Positions 23,301 through 34,373 of a stretch of DNA of 50,639 nucleotides are shown one piece after another. The DNA comes from Acytostelium subglobosum (taxonomy: Eukaryota). Below the pieces are notes generated by a model that worked only from the letters and a program-made list of their open reading frames with translations, was not told the origin of the DNA and searched no databases. How positions within the stretch are numbered: the stretch's first letter is position 1; the number at the start of each line of letters is the position of its first letter. A program made the position numbers and the translations under genes. The stretch lies in contig NW_012236509.1 of NCBI RefSeq assembly GCF_000787575.1, forward strand, positions 13,362-64,000. Direction: 5' to 3'.

Positions 23301-24545
23301 TTGTACCACAATCAGTCACAGACGACGATCTGAGGAAGATTGCCTCGTTCAGGGAGAAGGGGCGTGTGCCTGCCATATGTTGGATTCACAAGATACACCA
23401 ATCCACCATATCTAGGTGCAGCCAGCCGCGAGTGGGTATATTCAAGTCCAAGTGTAACGAGGACGAAGAATATCTCAAGGTAATCACAAAGTCCAACACC
23501 AACTCCAAGATACTCTACGTCATGGATTCTCGGCCAATGGCAAACGCCAAGGCCAACACACTTCTGGGCAAAGGCCACGAAGACACAAGCCTTTACCAAA
23601 ACGTTGAGCTGCAGTTCTTGGGCATTGGGTAAGCAATATCTTTAACAACAAGAATCTATCCTTGGACTTCTACTAATGACAAACCAACAGCAACATTCAT
23701 GTGATGAGAGACAGTTACAAGAAGATGTACGCACTTATACAGGCGAATGACAGTTCAAACTGGCTCTCACTCCTCGATGGCACTCAGTGGTTGGAGCACA
23801 TCTTCCAGTTGATCAACTCAGCAAACAGGGTCGTAGAGTTGGTTGATAAGAAGGGTGCATCGATTCTCACTCACTGCAGTGATGGTTGGGACAGAACTAG
23901 CCAACTTGTGGCACTCTCACAGCTTCTCCTTGATCCATACTATAGAACTCTCCAAGGATTCCAAGTACTCATTGAAAAGGAGTGGCTCAGCTATGGACAT
24001 CAGTTCACACACCGATGTGCACACGTCTATCATTCCAATGGAGAGGAGGAGTTCTCTCCAATCTTTATCATGTTTGTCGATTCCGTCTGGCAATTGACAA
24101 ACCTCTTCCCTACTACATTCCAGGTTAGTGTTTTACAACTAATATTGGACATCCAAGTTGCCATCTCTAACATCATTTATCCCTTCCCTTTATATAGTTC
24201 AACGAAAGCTTCTTGATAACACTATTGGAAGCATTGTACAACTGTAAATATGGAACATTCTTGTTCAACCATCAGAAGGAGCGAGTGTACAAGACCATCA
24301 GAAATGGTGCCATCGTTTCAATATGGGCATATGTCAACAGCAACAAGGAGCAGTTCACAAACTCATTCTACATCCAGGACCACAAACCAATATTCCACCA
24401 ATTCGCCCAGTACGACATCCAGTTCTGGAGCAACTACTATTTCAGGTGGAGAGATAACTTTAGGCAGCGATCAGTCATTGACAATGCACTGTTGGCCAGG
24501 ATCGAGGAGATAAAGAAGGGCAACAACAATAAACCTGTGTTGTAA
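20344..24545 (+). CDS. Myotubularin-related lipid phosphatase in about 6 exons (about 1300 aa). It has a very long N-terminal low-complexity extension.
   Basis: Approximate exons are 20344..22255, 22335..22615, 22683..23124, 23189..23629, 23697..24126 and 24201..24545. A GRAM/PH-like region reads ..ILMDISGGKSPTLIPGEHIILKRNGD..GTLFLTNYRLIF. The phosphatase domain has a NIHVMRDSY motif and the catalytic CX5R loop HCSDGWDRTSQ. The C-terminal part reads FNESFLITLLEALYNCKYGTFLFN. Introns use GTATAG, GTATGT, GTAAGT, GTAAGC and GTTAGT donors. Confidence 0.8.
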
Positions 24546-24728
24546 GGAGCTCTAAAAGAGCTACAGATAGTTAAATCAAATACTTGTCACCAGCTGGACA
24601 AGTTTGTTTGTTGTTGTTTATTACAAGTTGTGGTGATTGGGTAGCTGCTGTTACTACTACTGTTGTTGTTATGGTTGAATAAATAATTCAATGTGATAAG
24701 TGAGAGAGAGATATGGTTGTCAGGTTGA

Positions 24729-26469
24729 TCAAAACAACGACACAAGCTCTTCAAAGTTCTTGGCGTTAATCTCTGGGTTGGTGTTGGAGTCGTCGGACTT
24801 GCCATCGGATGATGACAGTTTAGAAACTTTGCTGAAGTAGTCGACAATGAGGAATCCCAATGCCTCAGATCCTTCGCTCGGTCCTTCCCTCTCAAAGAGG
24901 CAATCGCGCAAGATGTTGGGCAGGTTTGTATAGAAGTAGAATATGCAAGCGTTACGCAACTCGGTGGCTTCGTGAACACTGGCCAAGGACATGAGCGACA
25001 CTAGATTGTTAGGTGACAAGGTCTCACCAATGAGCTCACAACACTTGATCTTCAGTCCGTCCAACATGTACTGGTTAGCCAATATAAGCAACTCCGTCAG
25101 CAATGACGATGAGAATCCATTTCCTTTTGATGTTGTGGTGACTGCAGTGGATGATGATGATGATGTCGTCGTTGTTGTCGTTGTGGTAGTGGTCGTGGTG
25201 GAAGATGTCGATGATGATTCTGAAGGTGTCAGGTCATCTGTGTAGAGATAGCACAAGAGAGCCAGGAAGACATCTCTGGACACCTTTGGAACGACTATCT
25301 CACCATTTCCACCGCTCTCTCGCATGCCGTTGGTAAAAAGTGCTTTAAAGTACTTTGACCTGGCACTGAGAATGACCTTGTGACCATAGATTTGCTCGCC
25401 AGGTGAGTCGTTGCTCTTGCCCACCAGAAACACAACATCACTAAACTGCTCATTGTTGATATATGGCCGCATCATGGAACCAAGAGAGGAGGTTGCGTTT
25501 GGATCCTCTGTGCTGTTTTCGCTCGAGGTCTTGAGGGCTGACTTGGACTTGAGAGATTGTTGCGCCTGTTGTAATTGTTGAGCATTGGTTGCCATGAACT
25601 GATAGGGATGGTAGATGGAAACGCCAGTTGGATCGATTAGGTTGGGTGCCAGAAGGTTGTTGTTGTTGTTGTTTCCATTCTGGATCAGTGGGAAAAATGG
25701 GTAGTAAAGGAATGGGACTTGCACCATGGTCTGATTACCTCCAGCTTGCTGACCTGGTTGGACAAACATCTGAATTGGTTGTACTTGTAATTGTTGTTGC
25801 AGTTGTTGTTGTTGTTGTTGTTGCTCAGCAGCAGCGGGAACGACTGGCAATGCTGGAGCTACTGCTGGTGCAGCTTGTGGTGCCGCAGGTATCTCATCCT
25901 CTACACCATTGTTCTCATTATTATTATTATTGTTGTTGTTGTTCATTTGGTCATCTACATTATTATCGATCTGGATGTTCGCATTGTCCTGATTGATATC
26001 TATATTGGCACCTGCTGGTGCCTGTTGTTGTTGTTGGGGTGGTTGTGGTTGAGGAATCAAATGAACCTGTGGTGGTGCCAATGGGACATCTTCATCAAAC
26101 TCAATAGCTGGTTGGTCTTGTTGAGGTGCTGGAGGTTGTTGTTGCTGCTGCTGTTGCTGTTGTTGAACCTGTAGAATGATCTGAGGAGTTGGCACCTGTA
26201 GTTGATTGAGGTGAGGTATTTGGATGAAGGGGGCATGAGATATCAAACCAAGTTGGGGAGGTACAGCCTTGGCACCCATCGACGAGAGTGAGCTCAGACT
26301 CTTGCCACTTGGAGCCAATCGATCCAAATGCTCGTTAATCAGACCAACTGGGAAGCGTTGGTACTTGGGTGTGGTTGGTCGTTGCGAGGGAGGCACAAAC
26401 ATGATACCAAGGAAGCAATAGTAGAACTTTCTAATCGATGATTGATCAGAAATCTTTGATATATTTCTT
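24729..26469 (-). CDS. BTB/POZ + BACK-like domain protein with a long Gln/Asn/Pro-rich N-terminal region. Its start is unresolved.
   Basis: A BTB domain reads ..FSDVVFLVGKSNDSPGEQIYGHKVILSARSKYFKALFTNGMRESGGNGEIVVPKVSRDVFLALLCYLYTDDL. A BACK-like helix reads LLILANQYMLDGLKIKCCELIGETL. Poly-Q, poly-N and poly-T tracts are present. The reading frame is open all the way up to the MERIT40 homology with no intervening stop. Confidence 0.7.
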
Positions 26470-27261
26470 GTTGCATGTGTGATGGCCTCAACGATCTGGT
26501 GGTGGTAATATAATGGACAATATTGTAAGTATGAATAAACTCTGTGAATCTTATGATGATGATACATAATACAATACCTTTGAGTGATCGGTGTGATAGA
26601 CATGATACATATATATAGATTCAAAGCAGAAGTTTGGATGTCTCTTTAGGGCCTCCAAGCTTGTTGTACCTCCAAAGTATTGAGGGACTGTTGTGGATCG
26701 AGAGTAAATGAATATTACACGAAGATTCCAGTTCTTTGATATTGAAGATGCTAATGATGATGATGATGTTGTTGTCTGTGTTTGTATTTGCTTTGATTTT
26801 GATATCTGTCGATATGTATCCTCGCTAAATTTTTGTAACAATGTAAGTGATACATGCTCTCATCACTCTCTGTCCACTGTAACTTACATTGTATCAAATA
26901 GAGTAGTCATATCGAAAGCAGTGAATCGACCACCATGCTTCAAGCTATCAAACTTTGACTTGATCTCGACAAAGTCACTGGTAAAGTCCATGTACCAGAT
27001 AGCAGAGACACGGAGGATGCATATGGCAAACTTGGTGTTGGGGTCCAAACGCAACTTGCTACGAGCAAACAATGACAGTGCCTTCTTGATGTGATCCAGT
27101 CTGGGATTGGTCTGCTTGAATATCGAGTTGATCTCCTCATCAAGATCAATGCAAAAGAGTATATACTCTTGTTCGTTGTTCTGTTGCTCAATGACTTCCA
27201 TTGTCTCGTCATGGCCTGAAGCTGGTGAGGCGATTGGTGATGACATATCGTCGTCTTCCAT
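26470..27261 (-). CDS. BABAM1/MERIT40-like vWA-fold subunit of the BRISC/BRCA1-A complexes. The reading frame continues into the BTB protein listed next.
   Basis: Exon 1 (27261..about 26893) reads MEDDD..YILFCIDLDEEINS..KFAICILRVSAIWYMDFTSD..FTAFDMTTLFDT (human MERIT40 has VCLDLSEEM..EFALVVVNDDTAWLSGLTSD..STFNLEGLFSLI). The intron runs GTAAGT...TTTAG. Exon 2 reads ..NLRVIFIYSRSTTVPQ..HPNFCFESIYMYH (human RTILVYSRPPCQPQ..CPYFFFDVVYIHN). A further GTATTG...CACCAG intron enters in frame into ..KFYYCFLGIMFVPPSQRP (human LHNCMAKLLAHPLQRP). The human sequences are recalled from memory. Confidence 0.65.
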
Positions 27262-28405
27262 TATATAATCTCTCTATGCAATTGAGTAAAGTGAGTGAGT
27301 GAGATACTGAACTAATCAAACTATCTAACTTATAATACATACAGTTGAAAGTCTCCTCTTGGTGTTGTTTCCTGTATTTGCAAAGGTGTACGAATCCTTT
27401 CTTTTACTGGGGAGCATTCTTCAATAGGGGAGGCAACAACAACAACAACATAGAAGTCTATGGGTATTGTACGTGTATGTATGTCTGTTGTAAGATGCTA
27501 CTCTGTTACAGTTGTGATACCTGTGTTGATAATGATTGATTGTCAGCTGGTTTGTTGTTGTTGTCGTTAGAAGACTTTAGTTTGAGAATACAGCGTATAG
27601 TTATAAAGATAAATGAATATTGTAGTGATAGATAGATAGGTGGGTTGGTTTTAAAATTGATGAAAGTGACCTCGAAGTGCTATTGTAGATGTTGGGTAGA
27701 GTTTGGAGAAGAACTGATGTGTGAGGTGTGCCAATTATTTGTACATGCGAGTTTGATTTTATATTACCTAGACAGCTTGTTAATAATAGTTTATATGATG
27801 AATAGTTTAACTAATTATATTGTTGTTGTTGTTGTTGAAATTGATAAATGAAAGGTAGGACAACATTCAACAATAACACAACAACAATTCAACATCATCA
27901 TCATCATCATCTCACAATCCTGAAATCATATGTTATTATCACTAATTGAACCTGGTTGATTGATTGACACACACCCCTCCAACACCCCCAACAATAACAC
28001 GTGATCGATCACAGACAGAGATACACACAAACATCTCACACCATCATTAACCCAGATTACACAGAATAACACACAAATCAAGTAGTTATATTTATTATAT
28101 ATATATATGATTATTCATTCATATATATACACTACCTAGAGAGATGGCCGACATGAATGAAATAACGATGATAACCACCACCACCACCACCACAGACAAA
28201 GAAGAAGTATAGATTCATGTCTGACAGGATGTATTGATTGTCAACAACCAATTCGCAACAACCATAATGACCATGGTGTGTTGGATGGGAATTGGAACAC
28301 AGAATTTTGGAGACTCTCAATACTGGTTTTGAATAAAGAGTGTGTCGTAACTCATATCTCAAAAGTTTGAAACATAGATAGAAAGATAATACTAGTAATA
28401 ATAAT

Positions 28406-29316
28406 ATGATGAACATAGGGATTGATGTTGATGATGATGATACAAATGGCAAGGGAAAGTCACCTTCATACTTGCAACTGGTGCAACAGCAACAGATAGA
28501 ACATCCATACACCAACAACAACACTGCTGTTATCACGTCCACAACAAAGTTGGACGATACTATTAGAGTCAACATTAGAAGTGCAGAGGACCCCATTGTC
28601 ACGATCGATGTTGGCTTGAGTGACACTATCGAGCAGGTCAAGCACAGGATACTCGAGTTGAAGAACAAGAAAGCACATCGATTGAGAATGGTCTACAATG
28701 GACGAATGCTCAGCGACAATCAAACGGTCAGGGAGTCGAAACTAATCGATGGTGCCTTTATAATATGCTCTATTACAATGCCTCTGTCAATACCTAGCAG
28801 TGACTCTACAAACAACAACAATAGCAACAATACATGTTTAAACAACATTACCAATCACAACATTATCATCAACAACAACAACAACACTATTGCTGCTGTG
28901 CCTGTAGTCAACAGCTCTCCTAGCACTCCACCAATCATATCGAATGTTGTTAACAACAGCAATACAAATAACAATGACTTTGTTTTGGAAATGGTAAGAT
29001 GAGCAATATATCATCATCAGCTTCATCATCAAAGTTGTGCTCAACTAACATTACATATTAATACCATCATCGCATACAGAATGGAAGAGTACAATCAGCT
29101 ATTATATTAGAGGATGATCAGGCATTTGCAATGTCGTTGCAAACCAATATACTTAGAGACTCACTGGAGCTACTGTTTGGACTTGCCTCTGGCTTCTTCT
29201 TTGGACCGATCAGTCTATTTTGGCTGTCCAAAGACTATCTAGCGAGGAACGTCAAGTTTGGAATCGTAATGGGTGTATCGATGAATGTCTTTGTTGGTCT
29301 GACAAAGACCACCTAA
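28406..29316 (+). CDS. Ubiquitin-like domain plus C-terminal transmembrane protein (TMUB1/Dsc3-like). 2 exons.
   Basis: The exons are 28406..28993 and 29080..29316. The UBL fold reads IRVNIRSAEDPIVTIDVGLSDTIEQVKHRILELKNKKAHRLRMVYNGRMLSDNQTVRESKLIDGAFI. A poly-N linker follows. The intron runs GTAAGA..CTAAC..ACAG. Exon 2 has two TM segments, LELLFGLASGFFFGPISLFWL and FGIVMGVSMNVFVGL. Confidence 0.55.
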
Positions 29317-29680
29317 TCAATCACTCATTAGCCCTTTGGAGACTCCAACCAAGACACAGCTCATACATAACTCATACACACACAAGCCAATCCACCTGGT
29401 ATCGTAACAAGGCCTATCTGGAATGGAAATGTATAATAATAATAATACTACTATTAGACGATATTGTTATCCTACTCCTTATTCATTGACTTTATTATAT
29501 GTGTCGTTATGTTATGTATATATATGGGCGTTATAAATATGTGTATATATGTCGTTCGTGATGGGTATGTATCATCAACAAACGTTCGTTCATTCATTGT
29601 ATATATTAGATTACATGTTGTATATATGTATATGTGTATGTGTATATATAGTTAGGGAATACTGACCAAATAGTCACCAC

Positions 29681-29853
29681 CTACTTCTGGTAATAGTGTT
29701 GATTCTAAATGACAATGTTTAGGTTAGAGAGACAGGTATTTCTTGTCTGAAGTGTATCTGTTACTTACCAATCCACTCAAACTCTCATGTGTGTCGGGTA
29801 TTTGGTTAAGATAGATATTGTTGCCATGTGCCATTAGGATTGGCTGTTGTTGC

Positions 29854-29884
<31 letters not shown>

Positions 29885-30476
29885 GAGACAGGTCAAAGAG
29901 GGATGGGTGTGAAAGACCATTCGAAATGTCGGGATGTTGTTGATTGGTTTCGACAGGTTGTTGTTGTTGTTGTTGCATCAATATACCGCCGACACTGTTA
30001 ATAGCATCTTGTTTCGGAGATGATGAGTTGCTGGGTGAAGCTTGCAGCTCACCACCAACGGCACCCTTCTTTGGTGACTTCTTGCCATTCTGCTGATTGT
30101 TCTTCTCCGTCTCACGATAGCGTGCCAAGTAGATCTTTAGCGGCTCGGCATAGTTGTCAAAGCCAAGTGCAGTCATGGCCATGATGACATCCTCGCCATT
30201 GATTGTTTTGCGCTTCTCTTGTTGACACCGTTCATTAGCCTCGCTCGTTATGAAGCTGATGAACTCACTGACACAGTCCTGTACGGTGTCCTTGGCATCC
30301 TTTGCCACCTTTGCATTGTTTGGTAGAGCCTTCTTCATAATCCTAATAATGTTGGCAATAGGAAGATAACGATCCTGCTCCCTAACATCATCACCCTGAC
30401 CATCGTCTTGATATAAAAGATCATCATTAGAAGATGATGTAGTTGATGAAGCTGCTGCTGCCGCTGTTACGTTCAT
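29681..30476 (-). CDS. nfyB: Nuclear transcription factor Y subunit beta (NF-YB/HAP3/CBF-A), a histone-fold protein.
   Basis: The conserved core reads [91 protein letters not shown]. The 3' end is uncertain. It is either the listed ORF end at 29724 or a GTAAGT intron at 29768 followed by a short terminal exon 29704..29681. Confidence 0.85.
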
Positions 30477-31066
30477 TCTTTAATATAGTTGTTGTTGTTG
30501 TTTTGTTGTTGTTGGAGTACAACAATTAGAATAAATATTATATATATGTATAGTAGTATATGTACAAAGATAGAGAAAGAGAAAGAAAGAGAGATTATAT
30601 ATATTATTTGTTTAGGGTTCAGTCGAGTTGTAGATACAACAAACTGTTTGTTTGTAAAACAGTGTGTGTGTGTTTAGTCAATTTGGTTGGTTTGGAGCGA
30701 AAGGTCAAAGAAAATATCAATGTGAGTAAATATCCTCTCACTCACACACTCATACATGGATTGGACCCAACAACAAAGATTTATGTAACGTCTTTTGGAT
30801 ATATCCATCATCACCAAGATGGATGATCCTTCCCCGTTGTGTTACACAATGTATACATAGAATCATTTTTGCCCAATATTAATGAAACTGGGTAATGCCA
30901 TTGTATCAAAACAATGTCCAATTGTATCTCACCCCTTACCAACCGTCATTGGACAAAATGGGAACTCGCCCACCAGGGACAACATTAAGTTCTCTCTCAC
31001 TTTGGCTGATAAAAATAGACATTCTATGTGACCAATAGAATGCTTGGTTATAATTAAATATAATGT

Positions 31067-32935
31067 TTAATACACTTGTTGCGAGTCAGTGACGCTAATA
31101 ACTTGTCTTTTCAAATGACTACCGTGGCGTTGATGTTGCAGTTGTTGTTGCTTCTTGGTCGCATACTCCTTCTGGTGATGGTCGTCGTTGTTGACAATGT
31201 CGGTCTTGATCTGGCTGCCCTTGAGCCACCTGGTGTCTACACGCTTAAACTTGTTCAGACTGAGGTCAACACTGGTCAGACCAGAGTTAAGATGAAGGCC
31301 TTGGTAGATATGTCCGTCGTTATCTCTGAGCTCATTATTTGAAAGGGACAGGTGTCTGAGAGTCTTGTTCTTCTGGAGCATTCGGGAAAGTGCCGCAAGT
31401 ACATCGTTGTCATCCAAAACAGTGCCATCAGTCAGGGAGAGAGAATGAAGTGATTCGTTGTTCTCGAGTGAGATGAAGAAATGAGCCGACGTGATTCCAA
31501 TTAGACCAGACAGTGAAAGTTGAGTCAGGGTGTTGTTGGTGAGGAACACCTGGGAGAGTCCAAGACTCAAGTGATTGGATCGTGGCGAGGCAAGTGTGGG
31601 ACGAAGACCACTTGGAGCACGGTTGTCGTTGTTGATAGAGTAGTTCTTCAAGGACAACTCTTTAAGTGATGTGTTGGCTGAAAGTGATTGGAAGAAGCCA
31701 TCGATGTGTTGGCAGATGTTGGTGTAGTGATAACGTGGTGTGGTGTTGGTGATCCACTCCAAGTTCATTCCTTGGTAGTACGGGTCCTCGCTTGTGTGTT
31801 GTTTGAAAAGGTCATCGGTGTGGGCATTGTTGGTGTTGTCATGAGCAAACTTGGAGTCGTGGAGTGTTTGGTGATAGAGGATGCAGGCGTTCAATGTCTC
31901 GAGGTTTGATGTCTTCATCGCAATCCAGAGATCGGCCATCTCTACATAATCGGTCTTTATGGTGCAGTTCTTGATCGAGTCTAGCATGAACAGTTGTTGG
32001 TAGAGAGCGTGGTTGGAGGAACCGGTGGTGTTCAATGAAAGGACCAGGTTGTCTGGACGGTGGGCCTGGAGGAATCTAAAGTACATGTTCTCATCCTCGA
32101 ATGTGTCGAATTGGGATAGAACTGTAGTAGACTTGACAAATGGGATGTCCATCCACATGTCCCTTGGAGGAAGGTCAACATCGAGATTCTCCTTGGACAA
32201 TTGGTAGAGATCTTGCAACAATGTGATGTGAGTGTCGATCGATGGATTGAGAAGATTGATCACCATTGGACCGACATCATTGAAGCATCTTTTGAAATGG
32301 AGGTTGGCAACTCTCAGCTTTGGCAAGTACTGGAATAATCCCTGGGCAGCACACTCAATAGTCTTGGAGGCTCTCTTTCTCTTGATGACTGGGATCATGT
32401 GTACCTTTGGACCTGATCTGAAATCCTTGGTCAACTCAAGGAACTCTTCCTTGGTCACCAACGATCGGATGGTGCTATCAAACATAATGGTCAAAGTTGT
32501 GATGTGATTAAAGTTGATAATTGAGAACTTGGAGGAGAGACGAGCAAATGGTACTGGGCCACTCCATGTCTGTTTTCCGTTCACCCAACGACCAGGGAAT
32601 GACAAGGTGGTCTCTGAGGCAATACGGACGTCCATGTGATTGATCTTTGATGAAACCATATTGAACCAACGCCAACTGACCAAGGACAACTTTACAAGTA
32701 CCTTATCACCAAGGTACTGTACCTTGCTTCCAAGTGTTTGATCAATTTCAGTTCGGTTATTGGTGCTTGGCAAATCAATGTTATCCTCCTCGAAGCTGGC
32801 GTCATCAGGAAGGTCATCATTATCATTCTCTGACAATGAGTTTTGAAGTGACTTTAAGTCATTCATTATAAACTCCACAATAGTGGACATACAATAATAA
32901 TTTAGACACTCTGGCATTTCTTTCTTTAGCATCAT
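31067..32935 (-). CDS. F-box-like / leucine-rich-repeat (RNI-like) protein. Single exon, 622 aa.
   Basis: An N-terminal F-box-like stretch reads KVLVKLSLVSWRWFNMVSSKINH. The C-terminal half has LRR-type repeats (LKELSLKNYSINND.., LTQLSLSGLIGITS.., LHSLSLTDGTVLDDND.., LRHLSLSNNELRDND..). Confidence 0.55.
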   Translation of the reverse strand: MMLKKEMPECLNYYCMSTIVEFIMNDLKSLQNSLSENDNDDLPDDASFEEDNIDLPSTNNRTEIDQTLGSKVQYLGDKVLVKLSLVSWRWFNMVSSKINHMDVRIASETTLSFPGRWVNGKQTWSGPVPFARLSSKFSIINFNHITTLTIMFDSTIRSLVTKEEFLELTKDFRSGPKVHMIPVIKRKRASKTIECAAQGLFQYLPKLRVANLHFKRCFNDVGPMVINLLNPSIDTHITLLQDLYQLSKENLDVDLPPRDMWMDIPFVKSTTVLSQFDTFEDENMYFRFLQAHRPDNLVLSLNTTGSSNHALYQQLFMLDSIKNCTIKTDYVEMADLWIAMKTSNLETLNACILYHQTLHDSKFAHDNTNNAHTDDLFKQHTSEDPYYQGMNLEWITNTTPRYHYTNICQHIDGFFQSLSANTSLKELSLKNYSINNDNRAPSGLRPTLASPRSNHLSLGLSQVFLTNNTLTQLSLSGLIGITSAHFFISLENNESLHSLSLTDGTVLDDNDVLAALSRMLQKNKTLRHLSLSNNELRDNDGHIYQGLHLNSGLTSVDLSLNKFKRVDTRWLKGSQIKTDIVNNDDHHQKEYATKKQQQLQHQRHGSHLKRQVISVTDSQQVY

Positions 32936-34373
32936 GTTTATAAAATATTATATGTAGTATGGATAGAATAGTATATTGATTATAATAATAATAAATAATA
33001 TATATTAAATATTAAATGTTATTTATATGTATATAAGTATATAAACAATTGTTGTTTATGAATATGATTATGATTGATTTGGTCGATTATTATTAAATAG
33101 ATAGGTAGTGTGATTGTAATGTTGAGTGTGTACTTTGGAGGAATAATGATGATGGATGGACAGAGTGAGGAGAGACAGGACACAATGTCCAAATGGGGGT
33201 AGTCGTGTGTGTGAAAGGATTGGTAGGTTCTAATAAGAGTGTTTGAGAGATGGAATGTGTGTGTGTGATAGGGATTGAATGTCGAGTGTACCCCCCTCTG
33301 ACAGATGTTGATGGGATGCCGCGCGAAGATGTCGATGTTGAAGTGGTGATCGAAGGAGAAGTGTTGATGGATTCAGAGTAGACACTCTGGTGATGCAGTC
33401 GTTATTACTAGTTTAAGTAGCGACGAGTACAAATAAGGCTATTTATAATAAACCAAAGAGCTGAGTGTAGACGAGTCTGCTGGTTGCTGTTGGCAAAGTG
33501 AACGGATGTTTGGCAAAAGGTATTTTGGAGGAATTTGTGTTTGGTTTCGGATGGGAAGACGTGGTGGTGGTTGTTGTCCTCCTATTATAGATATGTAAAT
33601 GATCCAATGAGATGTCGAAATGAATTGAACACAATGAGCTCCAATCCTATTTCTTCTTTTATTATTTATATGTATGTGTTGAGTTTTTTTGTTGTTGATA
33701 AGATTGATTCTAATTTAAATTAAATAGAATTTGAAAGTGAGGATGTTTGTCACCGGGGATGGATGGATCAATGGGTGGCTGTCAATACTTGGATGTTCCC
33801 CCTTTGCTCCTGAATTGCATCGCGTGTCCACCACAATTCATACCTTACCAATGGCACACTCTTAAAATTAGCTCAAGATATGATTGACGGCCCCCCAATA
33901 ATCAAAGGGGTGTGCTTCACTTGAAAAGCAAAGAATGCGAAGGGGATTCGGTGAATGATCTTTATCTTTCACCAACAGTGCACCATCATTAAATCAAAAT
34001 CCCTTAAACTGAACAAATAATCATATACCCAACCCTATCACTTTCATACCACTCCCCACATTCACCTCAAACAGTTAGTGCAACTTGGGGAAAGTGATTG
34101 ATCAATCAACGCACACCTCCCTGGTTAAATCTCTCACTCACTTTCACACCTACTGATGGTGCAGTTGGGGAAACGAGTGGGGTAACATTTAACCATGGTG
34201 CACTACAAGTTGGAATGTTTGCTGTCTTTAACTACTAGTGATCCACATGAATCAATCAACATTGTCTCTCTGATCACTCGTAAAGAACGTATAAGATCAT
34301 TGGTGGGATCTAATCAGAACTGGGTGAACTACCTTCGGTTGTTGTTGTTGTTGTGTTCTACATCATGCTTATG

